Positions 1 through 13,949 of a stretch of 64,000 nucleotides of DNA are shown here, one piece after another. The notes under the pieces were generated by a model. That model was not told the DNA's origin, ran no database searches, and saw only the letters and a program-made list of their open reading frames with translations. Positions within the stretch are counted from its first letter, which is position 1, and each line of letters starts with the position of its first letter. The position numbers and the translations under genes are program-made. This DNA is from Macrostomum lignano (taxonomy: Eukaryota), in the NCBI GenBank assembly GCA_002269645.1, contig NIVC01002977.1, forward strand, positions 62,001-126,000, read 5' to 3'.

Positions 1-1667
1 ATAAGTACAATATGCACAATGGCATTTTATTACTATATTTATATAACACTCAAATTAAAGCTGGACAGAAAGTGAAACGTTAAAAGTCATTAAAATTGAA
101 ATTTGAATACATACAAAATGTTTTCCCGTATTTTTACTTTTTTCTTACTATACAACAGTCAACAAAAATCAAACAAGATACACAACTAGCAAGCAATAAG
201 CGAATTATTGTATGGCAATTGGTTCAAGTGATCTATATTTTGAAAATGATCTGCAACAGATACAATTCTTAGTAGTGCTTACTCAGTTTTAACAGTTCCT
301 ACTCAGCTTCAAGTCATCCCAAATTTAGCCATATTCATGGTAGCAAGAATCCAGTATAACGAGACACAAGTCCTTATCGGGAAAAATATTATTGACTGAA
401 ACAAACTAATACAGAAAATTACATCCCACTGGAATAGTGCAGGTGTTAGAAGATGGGCGGCAGATAAACAAGAAAGTATTTGCTAAACATAATATATCAG
501 CAGCAATAGGTACATTGGACGGATTCAAAAAGTCTTGTAAATTGCAGACATCTAAAAAAATTACATCAGCTAAAATATTGGTGCCATTCAGAAAATGAAC
601 TACTTTGCAGAAACTACCATCTTTTAACTGCACAATACATGACTGAGTAGGGGGCAGTATTGGATAAGAAGTAGCATAAAAGAGACAATTGTTTTGTGCT
701 ATTGCGTAAGCGATAGAAATTGCCAGCAGCCAGCAGGTGGAAGGACTACTTGATAAAATTCTAAACTTAGAAGTGAGCAGCTCAAAAATGTGGCTATTAG
801 ATTAAGCAGTAGCTCCCTCCTTAAGACAGAAAGTGCAACATTTTTGGAGAGTGAGCTTTTTGCATATTTGCAAAATTTTCACATATTTAAGGGTTTGTGC
901 ATCCAAATCAACAGACATTTCATTATCAAGTCTCTCAAAAATTGTCTCAGTACTAAAATCTTCTTCAGCAAGGCGGTCAAAAGTTCATTCAGCAATTTTC
1001 AGGAATTGTTTAGGAACCAGAGAATGACATGGTCAAAACTTAGAGTTGCAAACTTTTCAAGCTTTTTGGATGATCTTGAGCAAGAATTAATGTGTCAAGA
1101 AGTACTGAAAAGATGAATAAATATTTAAGCTTTTTTACTATACCAATGAAATCAAATAAACAAACTGTAGATCAATACTACTATGATACTAGAGCTATAT
1201 AGCTATCTATTCTTTGTCAATGAATTAATTAATTTTCCCTAAATAGCTATACTGGACCTAATGATTATATAGTCTATATTATATAGACTATTGATACGAA
1301 CACAATATATTCAATAGAATTTTAATCATGGACCTATTTTCATTGCCTTTGCATGTTTACAATTTTAATGATTTGAGCATTGTGTAAAGAAGAAAATAGC
1401 TAAAATGTATCAAAATATAGATCTACAGGGTAGCTAGTTTTGACTGTTATAGCATTGTTAACAAGTTGTGTAGCCTAACTATAGTAGCTCTACTATAAAT
1501 TAGGCCTATAGCTAATATAATAGCTATCCAAATATAGCCATACCCATAGCATAGGCATAGGTGATAGTTCAATTAAAAAAGAAGGATACCAGTACCAATT
1601 AGTATTAGGCTCACCCTTACTGCTTATTATAGTCTAGTAGGCTTGTTGCTTAGCTACTTCAAGTCTT

Positions 1668-2305
1668 GGTACCTGTCCATTTTGGCGACAAACCATTTCA
1701 GCAACATGTCAATTTGGTGACAAACCATTTCAGCAACATGTCAATTTGGCGACAACCATTTTGTCAACAAATATAATACAAAAAATTACAAGCATCTACG
1801 GTACAGTGAACTACCCCCAGCTGACATGACCCCCCCAGCAGGAATTTTGTTGAAACTGTTGGGGCGGAGTACAAAGCCGGCACCAGAACTCGTGAGGCGT
1901 TGCTGCTTGCATGCAGTGGTATGAATGCCCCCATGGAAGAGTAAACATCATATACGAATTTTAATTTTGAATTGGAATTCAAATTTTCTCGTCGTTTCTT
2001 AAGAACGTTAATTTTTTTTATTGTAATTCATTTGTCTTAAGTTTTATATTAAAAATTGTCTTAACATAGTTTTATCAAAGCTTGAAAAGTTTAATGTAAA
2101 TTGTTTTACACTATAATTTGTTTTAACAAGACATTTAATCAAAGGTTGTAAATTTGTGTAAGTTCTGAAATTTTTTGTAGCTATAAGATAATAATACATT
2201 CAAAATCCTATTTGAGAATTGTCGCCAAATTGGTTGTCACCAAATTGACCTGTCACCAAAATGGGTGTCGCCAAAATGGTTTATTGCCGAAATGGACCGG
2301 ATTCC
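1668..2305. mobile_element. Non-autonomous TIR DNA element (MITE-like) with subterminal tandem repeats
   Basis: Left end GGTACCTGTCCATTTTGGCGACAAACCATTT and right end (revcomp) GGAATCCGGTCCATTTCGGCAATAAACCATTTTGGCGACA are inverted. The 'ttggcgacaa' motif is repeated at both ends in opposite orientation. AAGTCTT is a direct repeat on both flanks (1661-1667, 2306-2312; 8 bp CAAGTCTT if the boundary shifts by 1). Confidence 0.75.
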
Positions 2306-3430
2306 AAGTCTTCAATGCTCAAATTATATTTCAAAACTAGCTATACCTAGTAGCTATTTCAGGTTCCATAGCATAACAATTCAATTTAATTAATGTTAGG
2401 CCTAAGGTACTTGGTAGCATAGGTATAGACTCATTGGACTACTAATCTAGAGACAGCAATTTATTTTACAGTAGGCCTAAGCAAATACATGCAAATAAAA
2501 TAAAGAGACAATATAATATATACTATATATGAATAGTACTAGCTAGGGGCCTATTGAATAGGATGGAAGTTGAAAATCTAGAATATAAAGCAGGATTACC
2601 AAAAGAAAAAACTGGCATTTAAAAGTTCCAAAAGAGAAAACATTTAGGCCTACCCAAAATTTATTATCACTATTAAAGGATTAAGAGTGCTTCAATTTTG
2701 ATTTGACTTAGAGGCAATATAGCTAAAAACAAAATATAGCTAAATATAGCTACAATTTTTGAACAGCCCCTGAATGGACTGAATGAATGAATAACCTGAA
2801 TCACACAACAAATATTAGGTCCATAATGTAATCATTAGAATGGCATAGCCTTGCCCTGGCCTTGGCATCTACATTTGCTTTATGCCTTGTGAATGTTAAA
2901 AATTAAATTCAGTGCGAAAAGAAAAAACTTTAGACTGAGACAGAATATAAACACACTACGAGAAAGTTAAAAGAACAAATGGTTCTGTTCGTACAGATGT
3001 TGAAACTTTGAAGAAGCGCCGTCGGAGCCTTCGCTCGCTGTAGTCCACATTTGCCGCAAAGAAAATTATACCCGGCAAGACGTTTACGTATTTTGGTTAG
3101 ATCATTATTTTAATGAGAAGTAAAACAACAACAGTATACATTATCAGAACCTATAAAAATAAAGATATTTTCATTAAATTAATATTGTGTATGGTCGTAG
3201 AAGTATTTGAATATATAAAAACATAGAACACTTTTTTTCTGCTATGATCTTATAATCGAATTGCAATTATCGCAAGTCCCCAATTTTAACTTGACTACTT
3301 ATCAGTAGAATAAGACGGTTCTTAGGCACTTATCTAGATTGCAAGCTGATTGCACGAGCGAATTGCAATTTTTACAATTTTTCCAATTGAATTACAATCA
3401 CAATAATTAATGGGCAATCCGGTCGTCTAG

Positions 3431-5080
3431 GGTAGGCGCTCTCTTACGAGATCTGCTTTCCCACTCATCCTGCTCTTTGCGGACGATCAAGCCATTCTAG
3501 CTAAAAACAAAGATGAACTTCAAGACACATTTACAACTATGGAAAATTACTGCAAGCAAAACTACTTGAAAGTTAATGCAAGCAAAACAAAGTTTATGCA
3601 GGGCAGTACCAGACAAAAAAATGACACAGAAAGTTTTGCTACAAAAATAATCTACGACAACCAAGAAATAGAGGAAGTAAATGAATTTAAATACCTGGGA
3701 ATTATTTTTGAACCAAAAAACAGCTTTAAAAAATGTATTGAACATCAAACTAAGCAGGGTTATTCAGCTATGTTTTCCCTACTCCACAAGGTAAAAAATA
3801 CGTCCCTGGACATCACACTCATTCGCAGACTATTCGACGCGCTTGTCACCCCCGTTATCACGTACGGTTGTGAGCTCTGGGGCCCTCTGGCTACCATTTC
3901 TGAAACAAAAGCTATTGATAACATTCAGCTGAAATTCTACAAATATCTCCTCAATCTACCAAAATTTGCTAGCAACAGTGTGATATCATCAGAACTTGAG
4001 CTTACTCCAATCTCCCAACGAATTGCTAAAACCTATCTTACCTACTGGCTGAAGATTAGACATCAAAAACTTTGCCAAACGACACTAGAAATTTTCTACT
4101 CAAACACCAGCCAAAAAAATCCATGGAAAACAAATATACTAAAGAAACTGGAAAGTATAGACTTAAAAGCACTAACTGAAGATAAACTTTCCCAAAGCTT
4201 TAATAACGAGAAATACCTAGTGAAAAAGCACCTCAAGATACACAGAGAAAGAGAACTTAGCCAAAAGCTAGAGAATCAGCAACATATTAAACTCTATAAA
4301 AACGCCTATCTCTACAAAAAAATCTGCAGGCCTGACCTTTCAGATTACTTTCCATGCACTTTTAGAAACAAAAAATTCCTAACAACCCTCCTAAAACTGA
4401 AATGCGAAATTACACCCAACATTTTCTCTCATGAACCATGTAGACTGTGTGGAGCGAGAAATGGTTCCGATATCCTACACTACTTGACCGAATGTCCACA
4501 AACCGAAAAGTTCAGAAAAAAATACTTCTGTCAGTACCTCCTAAATGACAAGCAAGTACACAAGTTAGGATATGCTACAAATGAAAAAAGAGTCAGAAAA
4601 GAGCTCACTGGTGTAGCTAAAATATATGAAGTCATGAATAGCTAAAACAGTTATGCAAACTGAAACAGACATATCAGCAGTGAAATAAATCCGCCTTTCC
4701 CATTTTTAATTTCCTACTTAATTAGCACTTAATTAGTATTTAATTAGTTTCCTATCTAATACCTATTTAAATCGTCGTCATTCGCTTAACGTAAAGTCCC
4801 TTCGAAGTTCGTTTTTGTTCATTTTTCTTTCGTTTTTACTTTTATTAACTGCAATACTTTTTTTTAACTCCTTGCTTTTTCTTTCGCTTCGTTAGTCGTC
4901 CAAGTATCGTTAATAACTTTTCCGCGTTCTTTCAAATACCATTTTGCAAAACTCGTACTAATCATAATTAAATAACTAGTGCTAAAATATTGTCTCCTAT
5001 TCCTGAAGCAATCTTAAATACATAGAAATATATTGGCCAAACAGGCTTCTTGCCTGAGCCAACTTACTACTACTACTACA
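3431..5080 (+). mobile_element. 5'-truncated non-LTR retrotransposon (LINE), RT C-terminal half plus 3' UTR and (TAC)n tail
   Basis: The frame is open from 3431 through LLFADD (RT catalytic motif, ~3470-3487), YLGIIF, YGCELWG and a C-terminal CRLC...HYLTEC zinc knuckle; stop at 4645. The 3' end has a bipartite stem-loop (TTGGC..CAGGC/GCCTG..GCCAA, 5033-5062) followed by (TAC)5 at 5065-5079. Clade (CR1/L2/RTE-X group) not resolved. Confidence 0.9.
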
Positions 5081-5741
5081 AAACATCATGACCTTAATTT
5101 GAGAACTACCCGTTAGCGGAATGGGCTGCAACCGCCCCCTCGCTGTTTCCTGATGCACGGAGCCCCTTGCAGCAAAGTCAAGTAAGTCAAGAGCACAAAT
5201 CTAAAAAACTCTGAGTATTTGTCAGAGTACTATTCCTTTGCTTTTATAGTTATGCGCGTAATTTATTCTATGGTTTTATTAATAAGTTACTTTGTTTAAT
5301 TGGATTCCGTTTTCAATAAATTCGAACGACTCATATTTGAACATGCAAAATTTGATCATAGTCTTAGATCGTATGGAGGAATGGAATATATGACAGCAAC
5401 TATATGGTATACCATATTTCCGTAAGTCGTAGCCGTAAGAGCAGGTATCTATTATAGGCGTATCCGTAATTGCCGTAGGTATCTATTTTACCATATTTGC
5501 CATAGGATCCAGTAGCCATAGCCGTAGCTACGGCAGAACACTATAACTAAAGCATATATAACAAATCTATTATGGTTCAAAAGTTACAAGTGCTTCAAGA
5601 TAAAAAACATGATGGGACCTTCTTATGGAATGACCCAATAATCATACTACCAAAGTGGAAGTAGAAAATTGTCACATTTAAAGTGCATAAATTGTGCAGA
5701 CTATATGCAAGGCTAATATATATATAAATTTGGCCTATATA

Positions 5742-6020
5742 CACTGTCAATTTTTAAGCGCCAACTAGCACCTTATTTTGCTACAATGGGTACCAAAATC
5801 ATTAGAAAGCTAGTACCAAAACTAACACTATATAAGGCACTAGTTTGGCACTAAGTGCCAGATTTTGGCATATCTATAGTGCCACATAGTGCCGTATTTT
5901 ATCCAGGTAGTGCCAGATTCAGTTTTCCTTGTAGTGCCAAGTTTGTTACTATATAAGGCACTAGTATGGTGCCTAATATCCAAGTTTGGCACTACAATAG
6001 TGCCACATAGTGCCATATGA
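5742..6020. mobile_element. Possible CACTA/EnSpm terminus with subterminal repeat cluster
   Basis: CACTG at 5742 is followed by many TAGTGCC/GGCACTA motifs in both orientations and a duplicated CTATATAAGGCACTAGT. It lies downstream of the minus-strand EnSpm transposase relic. No matching opposite terminus found. Confidence 0.35.
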
Positions 6021-7287
6021 ACATGTATCTCATATTGCATTCATATTGTAATATATCCTAGGTTTTTTAGGCTATATAGTAGCCACAGGCTACCCAAAAA
6101 AGCCATTGGCAACTAGATTTGTGGCATCAGAGGCTAATCTGGCAACCAACTTGAACCAAGGCAGTTGCCAATGATAAAACAGTCTGTCACATTTTATTAC
6201 TACTAAGATTGGCTTGGCTGAAAACCTGAAGCCTGAGCTGATTTGAGCATATTATTTTTTTGTCAATGCATGAAAATTGTTGCAAAAACAACTTTATAAA
6301 GTGGGACACTGAAATAGGTCAGTTGCCAAATGGCAACTGGATTTTGGACAAAAAAAACCCAGAATATATCAGTTTCCTGTTTTCATTTCCTATGCTGATG
6401 CATTTTTATCACATGCATCACTATAGAAATTATATTTTATTACTGTATTGTGCAAGTGTATCCGTATTCTAAACCCTTCTTGAAGCAGAGCCTCCAATAC
6501 AGGCTGCCATGTCCACCTGCAGATAAAATTAATCTTGCCTACTACTAATAAGTCAAAGACATTGAACAGCTACACATACCATGGATAAAAGCTTTTAAAG
6601 AACAAAGAGAAAAAACAAGTCTCTCAAAAAATTTAGTCACAGGTCACAAAAACTATAAGTAAATGGAGCATCATTAAGAACCATTTACTTTTTCATCACA
6701 AGACAAAAATTGAACTTGAGTTTTTATACAATGCAATGTAACCTAATGGGGAGGAGTTTGAGGCTTACAATTTTAGGCATGGAAAAAGCAGCACAAACCG
6801 GTACAGTTTTTGAGAATAGTGTTGTAATCAGACAGTTGCTAGGAAAGTCGTCAAAGAGCCAAAATCTGGCCAATACTAACTCACAAAACACTGCCTTTTA
6901 AAATTGAGGGATAAAATTAAAGCAAATGAAAAGTTGAATGCATTCTAGACAAATACATAAAAAATTGAGCTATGAAGTAGCATTATCTAGGCCAATAAGA
7001 TTAGTTGTGAATAAAAGAAACGCATCCTATAAATAATTTGATGCATTTTTTGCTGCCAATTTCAAAAGCTTGTTTCCAGTTTTTTTGCTATTGGTTTAAC
7101 TACAAAATATATTTAGCTAGAAAAAAAGATTTTTTATGTCATTAATTTGGTAGGAAAGCTGCCTTTTATATTTATTTAGCATTTAGCATATTCATATTGA
7201 AGTCTCAGACAAAAGGTAAAGTTCAAGCAGCAAGTTTACTATTATAAAAAAATCACCAAAAAATAATTTTGTATGCATATAAAATGT

Positions 7288-9871
7288 CTAGCAAAAAGAG
7301 TTTTCTTCTAGTATACCAATTAGTGACAAATCAGGAGTTGGTGAAAATACATACTGAATAATTTCTACATGTAGAAGAAGCAAGTTCCAAAAATCATTAT
7401 CATCCTCTGTGACAAAGAAGCCTAATAACAATGGTAAAATAATAATAAGAGTATAAATATCTGCTGCTTTCATGGGAATTGAATAGTTATTTAGATGGCG
7501 CCTTTCAATTGGAGCAAACTTAATGGCAAAAAAGTTTTGAATACAGAATTTATTACTGCCACACTCAGGAGTTGTTTTGATATACAATTCAACAAAACAA
7601 AGCAGATAATAGTTTGTGATATTCCACATAGAAAATCATACATGATATCAGGTGGAAAAAACATTGGCAAAAAAATATAAGAAAGCTTATTAAAAGGGAT
7701 GTTAAATCTTTCAAAGAAATCTTTATGCTCCCAACAAGGATGCAAAATACTTTCTGTTATTGATTGCAAAATATTATTAGCCTCAAAACTACAAAAGTGA
7801 CAAACTTTACTATAACAAAAATACTTTGGAAGATTAATAGGATTAATAGCTAGAATATCACTAGCAAAGAAATACATCATAACATTAAGTCTAGTGGAAA
7901 CATGATTACAAGAAAATTCAAACCCATCAAAGAAAAGTATGTTTAATTCTTCAATAATTACATCTAACAGTGATAAAGAAAATGTTTTTGAATTACATAG
8001 ACCAATCAAATGCCTACCTTCTTCTTTACTTTGAAAAAGTGGTAGAATATTGAGAATTTGATAATAAATACCAACTAACTTATTGAAACCTTTACTTGAA
8101 CCAATAGGATTGCACACTTCAAATTCATCAGTATACAGAGAAATATGAATTGGATATTGAAAGTTACAGGACAAAATTTGAATTTCAGATTGAAAAAAGT
8201 AGAATTAAAGAAAGGACCAAAGCAACATTGTGGGTGATTAAAAACTAAATTTAAAAAATGCTTGTTCTGCAATATTCGGGACAATGAAGACTCAATTGGA
8301 ATATAATAGCATGGCTTTGAAAGAAGACCATCAACTGATAAGTCTAATAAAATTAGATTAGCAATATGATACTTAGAGCTTAAAATTGCCTTAGTACTTT
8401 TGCTAAATACAACAGATGGAAAAGATAGTTGAAAAAACTGTCACATGAAAAAACTGCATCAAATTCTATTATAACATTTTCAGGTACTTTGGAAATCATA
8501 AGAAAGTTATGTACATTCCCTATAGGAAAAAGTTGTAAAACTGCGGACGGTGTCCGGCGCACTTTTGAAATTTTTCTAAAGCGCAGCGCGCGCACAGGCG
8601 CAGCGCCTGCGCGCGCTGCCCTTTCTTACTGGCTGCTGCTCTAGCAAATACATATACATGGAAATGGGTATAATACCTCTGTTGAAGGGGCTTATACACT
8701 CGTAATTTATTAAGCTTAGAGATGTTCCGAAAATTCAATTTCAATTTTCCAAAATTTGAAATTTTTTAGAGCGAATTTCAATTTCGAAATAATATTTAGA
8801 AGTGAAAATTTTGGTAGTGTCTAAAAAGTCGCTAAAAATAAACTACTTTCTACTACATATACATGTATTACTTTTTGCTTAAGCAGTAAATTGAAAGTAA
8901 AAAAGTGAGTGTTGATCATACTAAACTTTTGATCATACTACTAAACTAAACTTTGTTTTTCTGAATTATGATTTCGGGAAATTTCAATTTTGATTTTGGA
9001 AAGTTAGCGAATTTTGATTTCGACGAAACTGCAGATCTTTCGGAACATCTCTAATAATCCTAAAGCGCGGTAAAATAGTTTGACTCTTTTCTAAAGCGCG
9101 CGTCCGCGGGTTTTTAACATTTATTCCAATAGGGTGTACATTTGACAAAATGTGCTATTAAAAGTTTGAAAGCTAAGAACAAATGATGTGACAATATGTA
9201 GAGCAGCTTTAAATGACACTAAATGACACTTCTGAATTTTGAGGAAAAGAAATTGTATAATTGACAAAAATTCACTTGTTGATAGATTGTTTGCATTGAC
9301 AATAGCAGGTAAATCAATATTATTTATCAGACACTGATTAATAATAGGCCTAACAGAATCATTAATTTATAGAACTATTACTTTGACTTAAAATACTACA
9401 TTCCACTTTTATTTGATGCTCATTACTAGCAGATGCAAAGGCATTACTATTGGATAACATAGACTTGTCCTTTGTATATCCTAAAATGTAAAATAGATAA
9501 TTTATATTGTAAATTCTACAAATAATAAATATATATAATAGGTAACCCTGTTATATAAATGTTATTACCTGAGTCTCCTTTTTGTCCTTCAAATTTTTTC
9601 TCAATGTGTCCTATATGCATGTGTTTTCAAACTGATAAGTGTTGGGAAAACAGGCACACAATGTTGGACTGGACAGATGAACCTAAATTATAAGAATGAT
9701 AAATTACAATTAGGGGCCTAGTCAATTATAAGCTTAAAACCAACTTATTCAAAATACAATACAATTTTAACTTGCCTTGATCTATTTGCATGACATGTGG
9801 TATGGCTAATTAATTAATTGGATAAATAGTTTACATGAATATGAGTAGAACTTGCAGTTCCAGCCCTCCAT
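7288..9871 (-). pseudogene. Fragmented EnSpm/CACTA-type (CMC) transposase
   Basis: Minus-strand fragments in the expected order: degenerate C2H2 fingers (WNCKF..SCKLF.QLI/SHTTCH near 9790-9871; FICPVQHCVPVFPTLISLKTHAYRTH 9604-9681), YYIPIESSLSRIL (~8270-8310), LYTDEFEVCNPIGS, FPPDIMYDFLCG, AADIYTLIIILPLLLG and FWNLLLLHVEIIQYVFSP. These are typical animal CACTA-like transposase motifs. Multiple frameshifts and stops, and an insertion at ~8.5-9.1 kb. Confidence 0.75.
8717..9053. mobile_element. MITE with 16-bp TIR (hAT-like TAG termini)
   Basis: Perfect inverted repeat TAGAGATGTTCCGAAA at 8717 and ending at 9053. The 8-bp flanks ATTAAGCT and ATAATCCT match only 5/8. Confidence 0.65.
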
Positions 9872-11259
9872 CGCATGTTTTAAGCAGTCAACAATTGCAA
9901 CCTTTTTATTTGCTAAAAAAGAGGAAATTCTGCTTTGTAGAATACAGCTTTGTTAATAAACTTTCTTTAAGTATAAGTATTAGGCATACTAAAAAATAAT
10001 AATTGTTAAATTTACCAAATATAAATATAAATTTATTATATATAAATGAAATCAATAGGCTAAAGTATAAGTATCAATAAGTAAATTAAAAAAGCATTTC
10101 AACTACTTCACAATAAAACTATAAACCTATTTGGCATATAGTAGCTAATAAGTTTGTGGCATTTTCACTATATCCATGCGAAAAGGACAAAGCACTGAAT
10201 CTTCCACATAAAGCAAATTAAGTGGCACTAGATCCATAAGACTTATTGTTTATCAGGTGGCAGGGCCAATTGATAATTAAGCCAAAATTACCTTTTAAAT
10301 ATGAAGCTTCAACAGTATTTGACCATTGTGAACTCAATTTTAAAAAAAATTGTGCAAACAGAAAAAGAACAATGAATTATTGTTGGAACTTTTTGAGATA
10401 CTCTTTAAAGTTACTAAAGTTAAAAGTTTTTTTGCAAAACATTGTTCTATATTATTTAGATAGGACTTAATAGGCAACTTATAATTTTGATCAAAACAGC
10501 ATTGTTGTTAATAGACTTTATTGTTTATAAGATGAATATTTTTACTTTCATTGAAAAAGTCTATTTATGGACTTAAGCAAGAAATACATATTTTCAATGC
10601 CATATGCTTGATATATGCTTAGAGTGGTAAGGCTAAAGTTAGGATAAATGTAGCTCTGGCCTTTTTGTACAGTAAATAAATGAGATACTCTTAAGAAGTG
10701 ATAGGTGAAGCTATTGCTGTCATTCTTTACTTTCTTACTATAGTATAGTGAATAATAAAAACTATTATTCCCCATTGGAGTCCATCTTTATTAAAGTAAA
10801 TATCATTTTAAAAGTTATAGAAGTTATAGGAAATTAATTAGCTATGTATATGGATGCAAAACTTGTAGATATTAGATTAGGCTACAGATGTTGATACAAG
10901 AAAGTTTTGTTTATGGCAGAACTTTATATTTATTGTTATCTTTCTAATTTAGGTGTCATAAACTGGGGTGCTAAAAGGCATAGAAACCTCCACTGTTAGT
11001 AATAAAAATATCAAGTTATAAACAGTACTTAAGATGTGATTAAGTGGTTGGTAAATTTTTTGTCTTTTCGTTAATATAAAAAGCCTCACTGTGGGGTATG
11101 ATCATAAAATAATTAATGCATATAGAAGCTGGATGCCATGCAACCCTGTTTTTATCTTCTATTAACTAGTAGCAACACTACTAGGAAACATTTTTTAATT
11201 TACAAGCCTAATAGTTATTCATATAATAATTCATTCATTTTTACTTCAGATTCATTTAT

Positions 11260-12046
11260 GGCTCATTCCATATAAGCATGGTCATAACATGACAGGTTAT
11301 TTTTACTTATAAAATGAAATCTAATAATAGAATATACTAAACCAATATTTTAAATGAAAGATTATTTTGTCTAGAATATATTTATAGAGTTTCATATAGA
11401 TATCATCATTAGTATAGATGCTATTAAACCTTAAATGACACTTATGGTCGTAACGACAGGATTTTTGACATATAGAAACTAAAAGGTAAAAGTCTTATAA
11501 CATTTTTCATTTTTGATATTTTGCAATACATTTTTAAAATTTGACTAAGAACATCTTTAGAAGTCATACTCTTTTATTAGAATATATAAACTCAAAAGGC
11601 AACAAAGATACAAAAGAAAAGGCAGCCTTATGGTCGTAACATTATGGTCGTAACATATTTTTTTCTGTCAATTCAGTAACTTTGAGGTACTAATACATTA
11701 AAAATATAATAGATTCTTTGGTCACCAATGCTTTTATCTGATGATGCAAGTACTATACTTTTATCTATAGTTTGTTTCAACCTTCAAAAGCTTTCTATTT
11801 GTTTTTAAAAGGTACAAAATCTTAATGATGTCTTTTGCTTCGAAAAATGTCCAAATTTTTACAAAAATGACTTTTTGCCGATTGATAACATACTAATCCA
11901 ACATTTTACCATTCCTTTATTCTTAGATTGTATATATTGCACAATATAAACATTTGGTAAAAAAATAGGCTAATTAGGCAATGGCAAGCAAAAATATTGA
12001 CTTTTTTTCTATTTTCCAAATATGTCCATCTTATATGGAATGAGCC
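11260..12046. mobile_element. Non-autonomous TIR element, 17-bp TIR, 4-bp TTAT target duplication
   Basis: GGCTCATTCCATATAAG at 11260 and its reverse complement ending at 12046. TTAT lies immediately on both sides. Internal repeats of TTATGGTCGTAAC. Confidence 0.75.
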
Positions 12047-12949
12047 TTATCCATCTGTTTTAAGTCGCCTTCAGCTTTGAGTATTTCTTGCCAAATATTT
12101 TTTCTTCAAATAGTTGAGCATTTTTCCATTTAATGCCCTTCCTCAGCGCCTGTTGTGACACCTGGTTGGCATGCATTGTCAAAATGGATCTGTACCTGAC
12201 AAAGGTAAGCTTCATCTTAATTCTTGTGCCCAATACTGTTGATTTCGGAACGAGTTCGCTACATTCTGCTTATAGTAGCACTGCAAGGGTTTTGTTGGAT
12301 TTTTGAGCATCTAAAACCTTAATTGCTAAAGCTGCTCTTGTCAGCGTCCCTGTGCTGCACTGCTGCTTTTTCAGGGGCTTAACACCGAGTCAGCTGTTGG
12401 CCTCCTCCCACTGCTTTCTGGCTTTCTGTTCCCCCATCCCTGCTGAGCAGTAGGATGAGCCAAAGGCCTGTCCTGAGTAATTCGAGTCCATCAGGCCTGG
12501 TTTTGTGGGGCCGAGACCCCGCACTTAGCAACCAGTGCCGCAGCCCGCCAACTGCTGCACGCTGCGTGCCCTGCCCAGCCGCTGACTGACAGGTAGCTGC
12601 GGCCTCCCGCCCGGCTTCTCAATTCGTTAGAAACGGAGGGGACGAGAAATCCCCACCTTTCCCCTCCTCGGCATTAGCGGGCGCCGGCCAGGAAGGGGAT
12701 GTCAATCAGGGCCAGTCCGGGCGCAACTCTCACGCGGCCAGCAACTGCACATTTCAGCTCAGCTGCGGCTGGTCCGCTGCTGGCAGCCAGCCATTGGCGC
12801 GAGGCCCCTGCCTGCCCCGGCCGCCGCCTCTCCCTCCTCTCCGGTTTTCACCGCGAGGCGAATTCAAAATTTCGGCTGGGCACCGGAGCAGCAGCGGCGG
12901 CGTCTCCGCAGATTCCCGCGCGGCGGTTTTTAGCGAATCCAACGAATGA

Positions 12950-13927
12950 ATGAAATTCCCAGCTAATCCCTATGTGCATTGCTGCTCCAGCTGCACCGCC
13001 TGCGGCTGCGGCGGCGCCACGGCCGGCCGGCACCAGCAGGCGACCCAAGACTTCCGGCCAGCTATCAGCCCAGCCGGCCAGGCCTATTTCCACGGCCGGC
13101 TCACCCGGGAACAGGCTGAGGAGCAGCTGTTAGCGCGCGGCGCCGCCGACGGCCTCTTCCTGCTGCGCGCTTCCACGGGCGGCAACTACGCGGTGAGCAT
13201 CTGCCACGCTGGACGGGTGCTGCACTACAGTGTCGAGCGGCAGCCCGACGGCGCCTACCGCATCGCCAACAGCCGCGCCTTCCCCGGCCCCGTGGAGCTC
13301 CTTCGACATCATGCCGCCCGGCTGGACGGCTTCGTCACCCTCGCCAGCCTGCCGTGCGACCGGCCAGCAGACTCGAGCCCCCTGGCGCTGCAGGGCGTCA
13401 CCCTGGACGACCTCGCCGCTGCCACGGTTGCCAAGGCGACGGAACTCGGCTACGACAGCCTCAACTTGGACGAGCCGCAGCGCGCCCTCGCCTGCCGTCT
13501 GGCGCTGTCAGAGCTGCACCTGCGCCAGCCCTGGTTCCACGGCCGGCTCTGCCGCGAGGAGGCCGAGCGCCGTCTGGCTGCCGCCGGCCACGTCGAAGGC
13601 GCCTTCCTGGTGCGCAGCGCATGCGGGGGCGGTGCCTTTGCGCTGAGCCTCAGCTGCCGCCGCGAGCCGAAGCACTACAGGATCGACCGCCTGCCCAACG
13701 GTCAGCGGCTTCGCATCGAAGGCGGCCACGCCTTCGCCTCGCTAGCCCAGCTGGTCGATCACTACCACCTGCGGCAGGACGGTCTGCTGTGCCGCCTGCG
13801 CCGGCCGGTTCCCCGGCCCGACCACCCTGACGTCGCTCCGAGTGCCGCCTGCGCTACCGTCGGCAGCGGGGGTGGGGCCGGCCGCACCCGCTTCAGCTGG
13901 ACGGAAACGGCGGAATCTGAGCCAGCT
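12950..13927 (+). CDS. SYK: Syk/ZAP-70-like tyrosine kinase, exon 1 (tandem SH2 domains)
   Basis: Two SH2 domains (YFHGRLTREQAEEQL..DGLFLLRAS; WFHGRLCREEAERRL..EGAFLVRS..KHYRI) are joined by a Syk-type interdomain A with no ankyrins, so this is not SHARK. Phase-0 donor GCT|GTGAGC at 13928. The exact start codon is uncertain. Confidence 0.85.
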
Positions 13928-13949
13928 GTGAGCTGCTTGCTTCACTGGG

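Noticed and set aside
240-1116. Possible P-element/THAP9 transposase C-terminal relic
   Set aside because: Only vague resemblance; no diagnostic motif could be read in any frame.
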